Source: an uncultured Gemmatimonadota bacterium
Lineage (GTDB): Bacteria; JAAXHH01
DNA: 64,000 nt
Assembly: GCA_951812955.1 (NCBI GenBank)
Contig: OX638340.1
Coordinates: 480,001-544,000, forward strand
Direction: 5' to 3'
The translations under genes were made by a program, and so were the position numbers. Position 1 is the stretch's first letter, and the number at the start of each line of letters is the position of its first letter. Shown piece by piece: positions 24,711 through 33,060 of this stretch. Under the pieces are notes generated by a model. That model was given only the letters and a program-made list of their open reading frames with translations. It was not told where the DNA came from and did not search any database.

Positions 24711-26938
24711 GGTGATTTGGGTTTGATTATTTGTTCAGTCGACAGGAATCGACGCAACACGTTGGCTACGATCCTGGATATGTCGTTGCCGCCCTCGTTG
24801 TAAAGCAGGCTGCCGCAGAAGGTAATGGATCCCGTAGAAAAGAGCTGGCTGCCTGTATCCGACTGCTGGTAAACCATGTCCGCCCGAACCAGTCTATCGA
24901 TCGGTTCTCCGGACCAGGTGGTGATGTGGGTAAGCAGTTCCTCCGGAACGGGAATGAAGGACTCGTGATGGTTTTCGGAACTTGCGATGACGCGCGTATT
25001 TTCGGGCGTTCCCAGCCGATGGTCGGCCCGGTCGAGTTCAAATCCGGCCGCCCCGTTGCCGCTGAAACCATAATCACCCACGGTTTCGCCCGTCACGCCC
25101 TCGAAGATCCACGCGGTCTCGGGGTTGGTGCGTGCGTCCGGGCTGATACGGTAGTACGATCCGTGAAAGTTGCCCTGTGCGGAAAACCCCACGGCCGCAA
25201 GCTGCTGCGGGGGACGGCCGTTCCTGCGCCAGAGTCCCCCGTAGCCGCCGTCGAAGGCGTGGTAGTACTCGCCAGGTTCCGCCGCCCAGGCCCGGATGCC
25301 GCCTTCATTGCGCCGGATTTCCAGCGTTCCATTGTCTTCCGGGTGGACGGCGATACGCCAGTAGAATCCGTTGCCGCCCAGGTACATGAAGTGGCCGCCC
25401 CGTTCCCGGTACTGTCGCAATGCGTCGAGCGTGCGGGGCGTATGGTATTCCGGATGTGAACCCGTGGTCACGGCGCTATATTCTTTGATCGCCTCGTAAC
25501 CGTCGTCGTGCAGTTCCTGGTCGGTGACGATGTCGAAGGGGATCCCCATCTTTTCGAGCCACGCGTACAGGTGGGTGTCCGCCTGCAGATGCCGCAGCCC
25601 CGAGCAGTCCCCTTCTGTGGCGCCGAAGGTGATGTAGCCCGGCCGTAGGGAGAAGAGAGGGCGCCTGTGACTGGCATGGCAGATGCCACTCCCGTCGGTG
25701 TGGAAATTGTAGGTTGAAAGCCCGTATTTCCGGTACACCGCGGGATTCCAGGGATAGGCGTTCCATGCGCTGATCCGGTCCAGCCAGGACGGCTCGAAGT
25801 TGGGGCGGGCGTGGTTGCCATAGATGGTATAGGTGAAAGTGGACGCCAGTACGCAGAGATCCGCTGTCGGTCTGCCTCTGGGCGGACAGACATAGAACGG
25901 CATCATGTCCTCGTGCTCACCGCAACGGATACGGGCCGCGTATAGTCCCGACTTCATGCCACTTGGAATCGTGAACGTGAAGTCGGTTTCCCAGCCGAAG
26001 TCGTAGATGTCGTCTTCGTGGAAGTGTATGGCGCCGTACTGGTCCGGCGCGTGCTTCCAGGACATCTCCTCACCGGTCCACGTCGAACCGGTCATGGCAC
26101 GGACAGGCATGTTGACCAGGCGGCCTTGCAGTGACAGGGGGCCGACGTCCACCACCCGGGTCGAACTCGTGTCCCGGGCGAAGTCCCACAGAGCCCAGGC
26201 GCCTCGATGGTCTTTGATGTCGTATTCGTGGTCGTCAGTCTCTTCCACCGGAACGTCTACGAGGGCCGGCGCTTCGATCTTTCCATTGAAATGGCCGCTA
26301 ACGGGATCGCCGTCTACGCCGCCGAATATGATCCGTGCCACGTCGTCGATAGAAACGGACCCGATGGCCGCGACCGTGAAATTGGCCGGTCCAGGCAGCG
26401 CGTCCAGCGCGCGGAATCCCACGCTCACCGTGCCGTTTCCGGCATCGTAACTGGCCCACACCCGGTACCATCGCCTGGCCTTGATCGGCTCGCTTCGGCA
26501 GGTGATGAGGCGCTCCTGGTTTGCCGATAATTGGACTGCAACGGTTAAAGCGGCGCGGTCCAGGCAAAGACTCAGCACCGGCTTCCGTTCGCTGTTGCCG
26601 CAACTTACGATGCCCTGGCGTACTTTTTGAGGGGTCGTCGGCCAGATGGTGGCGGAGATGGAAATGCCATAGTCAGATTGGAAGCGGCCGTCTAGCGGGA
26701 TGACGGCGTGGGAGCCCGGATCGAACGGTTGAGACCTGGAAGGGAATTCGCCGCCGAAGGAAAGGTCCACGTCCTTGATTTGCAGGCCAGGACCAGCCGG
26801 ATTGGGATCGGCGCAGATCACGCGGACGAGACTGGCGTGAAAGGGCTCCCGGGCTTCGCTGCTTACCTTGAAGGCGATTTCGTCGCCGGGCCGGCCGGAC
26901 AACCGGTCGGAGTAGCCCAGTAAAGGAATTTCGTTCAT
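24707..26938 (-). CDS. Large (743-aa) enzyme resembling the N,N-dimethylformamidase large-subunit family
   Basis: The size and overall sequence character match my recollection of DmfA2-like proteins, which are about 760 aa. There are no signal peptide motifs. The assignment is tentative. Confidence 0.4.
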   Translation of the reverse strand: MNEIPLLGYSDRLSGRPGDEIAFKVSSEAREPFHASLVRVICADPNPAGPGLQIKDVDLSFGGEFPSRSQPFDPGSHAVIPLDGRFQSDYGISISATIWPTTPQKVRQGIVSCGNSERKPVLSLCLDRAALTVAVQLSANQERLITCRSEPIKARRWYRVWASYDAGNGTVSVGFRALDALPGPANFTVAAIGSVSIDDVARIIFGGVDGDPVSGHFNGKIEAPALVDVPVEETDDHEYDIKDHRGAWALWDFARDTSSTRVVDVGPLSLQGRLVNMPVRAMTGSTWTGEEMSWKHAPDQYGAIHFHEDDIYDFGWETDFTFTIPSGMKSGLYAARIRCGEHEDMMPFYVCPPRGRPTADLCVLASTFTYTIYGNHARPNFEPSWLDRISAWNAYPWNPAVYRKYGLSTYNFHTDGSGICHASHRRPLFSLRPGYITFGATEGDCSGLRHLQADTHLYAWLEKMGIPFDIVTDQELHDDGYEAIKEYSAVTTGSHPEYHTPRTLDALRQYRERGGHFMYLGGNGFYWRIAVHPEDNGTLEIRRNEGGIRAWAAEPGEYYHAFDGGYGGLWRRNGRPPQQLAAVGFSAQGNFHGSYYRISPDARTNPETAWIFEGVTGETVGDYGFSGNGAAGFELDRADHRLGTPENTRVIASSENHHESFIPVPEELLTHITTWSGEPIDRLVRADMVYQQSDTGSQLFSTGSITFCGSLLYNEGGNDISRIVANVLRRFLSTEQIIKPKSP

Positions 26939-27750
26939 TAGCTACCCGGAAGTAGTTCGTCGTCCGGCCGCCGCTCGCGGTAGCCGCAGACCATCAGACC
27001 GGGCCGACCGAAGCTTTGGCCGTATTCCTGCCTGTTATCGGGATTCCGGTAGCCCATGCGAACGAGTCTCCGCGGCCGTTTCGTCTGGTTAATGTAGGAA
27101 CCGTGCACGGTATCGATGCAGAACAGGACCACGTCGCCTGCCCTGGCCGGAACGGGCACCGTGTCTGCCAGATTGTACTCGTTCGTGGGCAGGTGCGGCG
27201 CACAGGGTCCCTCTTCCGTTTCCGTGATGTGCTGGAGATGGCCGGATTTATGAGATCCCGCCAGGAAGCGGATTTCGCCGTTTTCGTGACAGGTATCGTC
27301 CAGGTGCACGAGGACGTCGATGTACCGGCCGTCGTGATGGCCGTAAAAAGGGTTGTCCTGGTGCAGGGGAAATGGATGGCCTGTCTGGGGCGGCTTGATA
27401 TGCAGCGTGGTGTGGTGCAGCTCCACGTTCGGACCCAGCAGCTGCGACAGGGCCTCGACCAGCCGGGGATTGGCTACCGCACGAGACCAGGCCTGGGAAT
27501 AGAAATGGAGGTCGTGCATGGCCGTAAGCTTAGACCTGGCCTCCGTTTCCGGATCCATATACGCCAGGCGCCAGGGACCGTTCCACCCCGGGCTCGTGAA
27601 AGCCCAATCCTCGACGAGCCGGTCCATTTGTGCTGAAAGTTCGGCCGTTTCTTCCGGCGTGAAGATCTCCGGGATGTGGAGAAACCCATTTTCATGGTAG
27701 AACGCGATCCGCTCGTCGCTCAGCACGGTTTGTTCCATGACCATGGTCAT
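26938..27750 (-). CDS. Phytanoyl-CoA dioxygenase (PhyH) family Fe(II)/2-oxoglutarate oxygenase
   Basis: It has HQD...H (PLHQDNPFYGHH ... H) metal-binding motifs and a PhyH-like length. Confidence 0.8.
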   Translation of the reverse strand: MTMVMEQTVLSDERIAFYHENGFLHIPEIFTPEETAELSAQMDRLVEDWAFTSPGWNGPWRLAYMDPETEARSKLTAMHDLHFYSQAWSRAVANPRLVEALSQLLGPNVELHHTTLHIKPPQTGHPFPLHQDNPFYGHHDGRYIDVLVHLDDTCHENGEIRFLAGSHKSGHLQHITETEEGPCAPHLPTNEYNLADTVPVPARAGDVVLFCIDTVHGSYINQTKRPRRLVRMGYRNPDNRQEYGQSFGRPGLMVCGYRERRPDDELLPGS

Positions 27751-27907
27751 TGCTGATTCTCCTTGTTGGGTTTGCGTGCGGGGAGTTTAAGGCGTTTCCT
27801 TCCCTTCGAATTTAGCAAGTCGGGCACCGGCAGGCAACACCATTTCAACGCGATGCGCAATCGGCTGGTTGGAATTCCTCACGTAGGCTGATCGCCTCAT
27901 CCAAAGA

Positions 27908-28888
27908 TCACGAACGGTACACTTCAGCCAGAAGTTCGTATGACCGCAACCGGGCTTTGAAATCATGGGTGATGGTGACGGCCATGATCTCTTCAGCGCC
28001 GAACTGGTCCGCAAGCCGGTCGATGGTGTCCCGGACCTGCTCCGGACTGCCCACGGCCGCGAGCCGGAACTTGTCGTCGAGGAATGCGCGTTCGGCTTCA
28101 CTGAACTGGTGCTTCTCGGCCTCCTCCACCGTGGGCACGACGTTGCTAGGCTTGCCCGATGCGAAACGGGCGAAGAGCAGATCGCGGCTCAGGGCGAGAC
28201 GTCGGGCTTCCGCCTCGGTGTCGGCGCAGATGACGTTGATCGCAATACAGGTCTTGGCCTGGGGCGACTGGGTGGACGGCTCGAAATATTGGCGATAGAA
28301 TTCCAGGATGCGCGGGTCGATGTTGCTGTTGATGAACAGGGCAAAATTGTAGGGGAGTCCCAGACGGGCCGCCAGCATGGCGCTATCGGGACTGGAACCG
28401 AGCATCCAGACCGGAGGCGGAGACAAGATGGGCGGTGTGACCCGCGGCTCGAAATCCTTGTCTTGCAGGATCTCCACGAGTTCAGCAACCAGATCGGGAA
28501 ACTGATCGAACCGGGGTCCGGCGCCGGGCGACAGCATCCGGGCGGTCTTCATGTCGCCGCCGGGCGCACGGCCGACCCCCAGGTCGACGCGGTCCGGGTA
28601 GAGATTCGTGAGCACGGAGAAGCTTTCGGCGACCTTGAAGGGACTGTAATAGGGCAGCATGACGCCGCCGGACCCGATCCGCATGCCTCCCGTGGCGGCT
28701 CCGATGGCCGCGAGCAACACTTCGGGCGAACTTCCGGCCAGGCAGTGGGCGTTGTGGTGCTCGGACACCCAGAAGCGCTTGTAACCCAGGCGTTCAGCCG
28801 TTCTGGCCAGGGTCAGGGTCTCCTGGAAGGCCTGCACCGCCGTGACGCCTTCCCGCACGGGGGACTGATCGAGTATGGACAGGTTCAT
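27908..28888 (-). CDS. LLM-class (luciferase-like) flavin-dependent oxidoreductase
   Basis: A 326-aa protein with an N-terminal FWVSEHH motif and the bacterial-luciferase TIM-barrel pattern. Confidence 0.8.
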   Translation of the reverse strand: MNLSILDQSPVREGVTAVQAFQETLTLARTAERLGYKRFWVSEHHNAHCLAGSSPEVLLAAIGAATGGMRIGSGGVMLPYYSPFKVAESFSVLTNLYPDRVDLGVGRAPGGDMKTARMLSPGAGPRFDQFPDLVAELVEILQDKDFEPRVTPPILSPPPVWMLGSSPDSAMLAARLGLPYNFALFINSNIDPRILEFYRQYFEPSTQSPQAKTCIAINVICADTEAEARRLALSRDLLFARFASGKPSNVVPTVEEAEKHQFSEAERAFLDDKFRLAAVGSPEQVRDTIDRLADQFGAEEIMAVTITHDFKARLRSYELLAEVYRS

Positions 28889-28948
28889 TAATCAGGATTC
28901 CTATTCGTTACCAGGTTCAATTTAAACGGTTAGGTCGGGATCGCCCGA

Positions 28949-30931
28949 CTACCAGCCGTCCACGATATGGCCCGCGCCCGGAAACCAGGCCGCGTCCACC
29001 AGAAAGGTCAGAAAGACGCCGAGGACATAGCCCGCGAGAATGCCAATAAACAGGGGTTGTGCCTTGCGGTACAGCGATACGCCGCCGAGACGCAGGATCA
29101 CCGTCTTGATCAGCCAGACGATCAGAATGGAAAAGAAAGCCATGTCGGCCGCGTAGGTGGTCACGATCCCGAATCCCACGGGATGGAGGGGCCAGAAATG
29201 CAGCCGGTGATGGGCCCAGATCAGGAATCCCGAGATCAAAATCCCGTTCAACACCATGGTCAGCTGAGGTTGTGTCATGGCCTGAGGATTGGTCAGGAAG
29301 GTCTCCAACTGGGCCCAGTATCCGCTCGCGCCGGACTGAAAACCGCCGGCCTGGAGCTGGGACGCGCCCATGTCATACCCCAGGTACAGCGTGTACACGA
29401 TGGCCGTCATGAATCCGATGAAGAGTGAAAGGGCAATGGCGCCGAAAACGCCCCGGCCCACGCCGCCCATGACGTCCCCCACCTTGGCGGCGTGCGCCAT
29501 CGAACACATCCCGAGCGTCCGCCAGTTGCGCGTAAAGGTCTGGCAGAGCCACATCCCCGTGATCGTGCGGGCATTGATGTGCTCCGACCCGACGAACCGG
29601 AACGTGATCTCGTTGGCGCTGTTGTACGGCAGGTCCAGGGACGCCAGGCCGGTCTCGGCCACTACGCGGGTCACGCCGATGTACAGAACCAGCAGCACGA
29701 ACATCATGAGCATCACGACCCAGAGCGTCATGCCCGCGCTCCACAGGAGGAAAACCATGTAAAGCGAACCGCCGGCGAAAGATAGGACGGCCGTGCGATA
29801 GGAAAAGAACTCCCGTGTATCATCGATTTCCGGCGCTTTGCCGAATGCCTTCCGAAACACGTCACGGATATGCCTGCGTGCCATCCACAGACCGAACAGC
29901 ACGAAAATGAAAAAGCCGGACAGATGTTGAAAGTGCATCATCTCGAGAGGACCGGGGACGCCGACCCGCGTCATCACGCCCTGTTGAACGATGCGGATGA
30001 GATAGAACAACCAGACGCTGAGCAGCACCTCCACCCTCGTGAAGTACGCCACCCCGATCAGCAGGAAATTCAGGCGGACCTGGATCGGGTGGAAGGCTTC
30101 ATACAGGGTCAGGGGAAAGGCGTGCCCCGCGCCGAAAGGGATGGCGGGGAACAGATCGAAGAAGCTGAACATATTCCAGGTCATGATAAACAGCGTGATG
30201 CCGAACCCCCACCAGAACAGGCGCACGCGGGCAATCCTCGGGAACAGGGCCGTTTCTTCGGCCCCGTCGACCAGCGTCAATGGCACCTGGGCTAGCGGGA
30301 AGGTCAGCCGTTCGTGTTCCACCCACTGCTTCCGCAGGATGACCATGATAGACGCGCCGACCAGGAAGAGGGCGATGTAGAATGTTATCCACCAGAACAT
30401 GGGCACCCACCAGATTTGCCATCGGATGGTTGTTCCCGAATACACGCCTTCATAGAATTGGTTCAGACCGCCCAGGTTGTCCCGCACGACCAGCCAGGAA
30501 GGAAGGTAGTCGAGGAAAAGTTCCGCCCAGCGGTTTTCGGGGTTGGCGTAGTAGAAAGGACCGCTGATGATCGAGACCGCGTAATTGCTGAAGGCCCATC
30601 CGGGGATGGCGGACGCCGTGAAGACCAGGAAGAAGATCACGATCAGCTCCTGCCGGCTGAATGGACGGCCGTAACCCGCCTTTTTCAATACCGGGTTGAC
30701 CAGGAGTACCATCAGCAGGAAGGGCAGCAGCGCGGCGACGGGCAGGTGGGTGACCGTGATGAAGGATCCGCGCGTGACGAATTCGGAGGAGAGCGACCAG
30801 AGCGTCAGTAGGACGGTGAAGACGCATCCTATGGCCACGGCCCGTAGGGTAAGGCCGGCGGAAACGGGTTGCTTTACAGGCGGAGGCACGGTGGCCTGTC
30901 GGCCGGTCTGGGGCGATGAGACAGTGGGCAT
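28949..30931 (-). CDS. Large polytopic membrane protein of unknown function, 660 aa. Paralog of 1..1770.
   Basis: At least 12 predicted TM segments. It shares conserved blocks with the partial gene at the window start. Confidence 0.6.
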   Translation of the reverse strand: MPTVSSPQTGRQATVPPPVKQPVSAGLTLRAVAIGCVFTVLLTLWSLSSEFVTRGSFITVTHLPVAALLPFLLMVLLVNPVLKKAGYGRPFSRQELIVIFFLVFTASAIPGWAFSNYAVSIISGPFYYANPENRWAELFLDYLPSWLVVRDNLGGLNQFYEGVYSGTTIRWQIWWVPMFWWITFYIALFLVGASIMVILRKQWVEHERLTFPLAQVPLTLVDGAEETALFPRIARVRLFWWGFGITLFIMTWNMFSFFDLFPAIPFGAGHAFPLTLYEAFHPIQVRLNFLLIGVAYFTRVEVLLSVWLFYLIRIVQQGVMTRVGVPGPLEMMHFQHLSGFFIFVLFGLWMARRHIRDVFRKAFGKAPEIDDTREFFSYRTAVLSFAGGSLYMVFLLWSAGMTLWVVMLMMFVLLVLYIGVTRVVAETGLASLDLPYNSANEITFRFVGSEHINARTITGMWLCQTFTRNWRTLGMCSMAHAAKVGDVMGGVGRGVFGAIALSLFIGFMTAIVYTLYLGYDMGASQLQAGGFQSGASGYWAQLETFLTNPQAMTQPQLTMVLNGILISGFLIWAHHRLHFWPLHPVGFGIVTTYAADMAFFSILIVWLIKTVILRLGGVSLYRKAQPLFIGILAGYVLGVFLTFLVDAAWFPGAGHIVDGW

Positions 30932-31050
30932 GATGTCAGTGGATTCCAGGAGAGGAGGGGGCTGGACTGCGTCCTACGTTACGCGTCAACTCTAGGCGTA
31001 CGTAAATCAACTGTACTATGTGTTCCCGGGCAGCTCAAGGACATAGGGAA

Positions 31051-31881
31051 TCAACGGTTCTCAACACAGTTCCTGAGCTTTTCCAGACCCTTTTGAGCCG
31101 TGGTTACCGGTCCTTCGGCCCAGTACGCCGGATTGAACAGTTCCAGTGAAAGCATGCCCCGGTAATCCTGCTGTTCCAGGCTGGCCACGATCTCGTCCCA
31201 GGGCGCTTCGCCGTCGCCCGGATAGACCCTGTGCTCGTCCTCGATATCCACGTGGGCGGGTACCGCTGGATAGTCGTTCACGTGGACCAGACCCAGCCGG
31301 CCGGGACCGAGGTAATCCATCCCCCGCTGGTGTCCGCTTCCCTTGTACATGTGGAAGATGTCGGTCAGTAGCCTGGCATCTCGCACGCCGCTTTCCGCGG
31401 CGACGAGAAGGGCTTCGCCGACCGTGCCCAGCGTGCGGGCTATTCCCCAGAATTCCAGCAGGGGTTTCGGGGAGAAATCCGAAACGGCATCCGAAAGTTC
31501 GGCAAATCTCCTGGCGACAGAAAACAGGTCGACCTCCCGGTCGTGGATCCCCTTCGGGGCCGTGGCTACATAGGGGCATTCCAGGTCCTGGGCCATCTTG
31601 AAGCACCGTCTCGCTTCTTCAAGCCCTCTGGCATGGCGGTCGGTTTCGGGAACCGCCCATTCGAAAAATGCGATCAGGTTCACGATACGGATCCCGCGGC
31701 TGTCCGCGCGTTCGCGAATCTGTTCCACCGTTCCGCCTTCTTCGACCCAGGCATCGATTTCCTCTGCCCAGGGTTCAATGCCGTCATACCCGGCATCGGC
31801 CGCGATATCCACGTATTCCAGTACGGAAACTCCGGGCGACCGGATCGTGCTGGTATTGAGGCAGTAGTCAAAACGTCCCAT
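31051..31881 (-). CDS. Sugar phosphate isomerase/epimerase (xylose-isomerase-like TIM barrel)
   Basis: A 276-aa protein with an AP-endo-2 TIM-barrel pattern (IEPW...E, HVNDY). It lies directly upstream of, and on the same strand as, the membrane protein. Confidence 0.75.
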   Translation of the reverse strand: MGRFDYCLNTSTIRSPGVSVLEYVDIAADAGYDGIEPWAEEIDAWVEEGGTVEQIRERADSRGIRIVNLIAFFEWAVPETDRHARGLEEARRCFKMAQDLECPYVATAPKGIHDREVDLFSVARRFAELSDAVSDFSPKPLLEFWGIARTLGTVGEALLVAAESGVRDARLLTDIFHMYKGSGHQRGMDYLGPGRLGLVHVNDYPAVPAHVDIEDEHRVYPGDGEAPWDEIVASLEQQDYRGMLSLELFNPAYWAEGPVTTAQKGLEKLRNCVENR

Positions 31882-32070
31882 TTGTCACATCCCTTCTGCT
31901 GGGCCGCCGTACCGCCCGTACAGGATCCGGACGGCGCGGTTGTATGGCCATTTTTAAGGCATGCTTCAAGAGTAATAACCAATCATAGATGGCTTTACAA
32001 AATTCTGTACTTTTTTAAACGGTTTCGCCTATATTGTAAACCGCTTAAAAGAAAAACGCCATCCATAGTG

Positions 32071-33009
32071 ATGTCAGGAGCGTACGTGCGGGACTTTTCA
32101 AGCTTCTCGAGATCAATTCTGCTCTTCTGTCTTCTCCTGATTCCCCAGGCTGTTTCGGGTCAGACGAGCGTGACGGACGTCACCGGGACCACGTTTACCG
32201 TGGGTAGCACCCCGCAGAGAATCGTGTCCTTAATCCCGAGTAACACCGAACTGCTTTTCGCTGTCGGGGCGGGAAGTTCGGTCGTCGGGGTGACGAATTA
32301 CTGCGACTATCCCCCCGAAGCTCGGAAAATCGAGAAAGTCGGCGACCTCACGGCCATGAGCCTGGAAAAAGTCGTCGCCCTCGACCCTGAACTGGTACTG
32401 GCCACGAAGGGAAACTCCAAGGAACTGGTATTCAGTCTGAGGGCGCTGGGTGTCCGGGTGTTCGTCCTCGACCCACAGACAATCGAGGAAGTACTCGATG
32501 CCATTGGCAAGGTGGGTGCGCTCACAGGGCGTTCCGAGGCTTCGCGCGCGCTTGTCGACAGCTATAGACAAAGACTGGCCCATGTCGCGGACCGGATTGA
32601 CGAGCTAACGGAAAGCGAACGTCCCACGGTATTCGTCGGCAGTCCGTTCAGGGACGAAAACTGGACGCCAGGTCCCGAAACGTATACCTCGGCGGTAATC
32701 CGCCGGGCCGGTGGCCGGAACATTGCCGACGACCTGGCGCCACGTACCTGGGCGGTTTACAACCTGGAGAACATCGTCTCGAAGGACCCGCAGGTCCTGC
32801 TGTCCACCCTGGGCGTGGGACAGGACCCCTCGGAAACGAGGACGAGGTTCCTTGAGCGGGCGAAGTCGCTCGAGGGCTGGCGCGATCTGGACGCCATTCG
32901 CAACGAACGCGTCGTGCTGATTCCAGAGAACTGGCTGCTTCGGCCGGCGCCCAGGCTCTTCCAGGCGATCGAAACGCTGGCGAGTGCCCTGCATCCGAAC
33001 CTGTTCTGA
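32071..33009 (+). CDS. Periplasmic binding protein, PF01497 (BtuF/FecB-like) class, ABC transporter substrate-binding
   Basis: The start is at the ATG at 32071 (MSGAYVRDFSSFSRSILLFCLLLIPQAVSG, a signal peptide). The motif RIVSLIPSNTELLFAVGAGSSVVGVT is typical of cobalamin/siderophore/heme binding proteins. The ORF track's 31543 start overlaps the upstream gene on the other strand. Confidence 0.75.
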   Translation: MSGAYVRDFSSFSRSILLFCLLLIPQAVSGQTSVTDVTGTTFTVGSTPQRIVSLIPSNTELLFAVGAGSSVVGVTNYCDYPPEARKIEKVGDLTAMSLEKVVALDPELVLATKGNSKELVFSLRALGVRVFVLDPQTIEEVLDAIGKVGALTGRSEASRALVDSYRQRLAHVADRIDELTESERPTVFVGSPFRDENWTPGPETYTSAVIRRAGGRNIADDLAPRTWAVYNLENIVSKDPQVLLSTLGVGQDPSETRTRFLERAKSLEGWRDLDAIRNERVVLIPENWLLRPAPRLFQAIETLASALHPNLF

Positions 33010-33060
33010 AGGCGTCCACGAGTAAACGCTAACGATACCTGATACACCTGGCGATCCTTT

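Noticed and set aside
31882-32070. A possible cobalamin riboswitch upstream of the BtuF-like binding protein gene.
   Set aside because: The 190-nt gap is AT-rich and lacks the conserved B12-box and GCCACUG-type elements. It is too short for a B12 riboswitch, so it is treated as a plain promoter or operator region.
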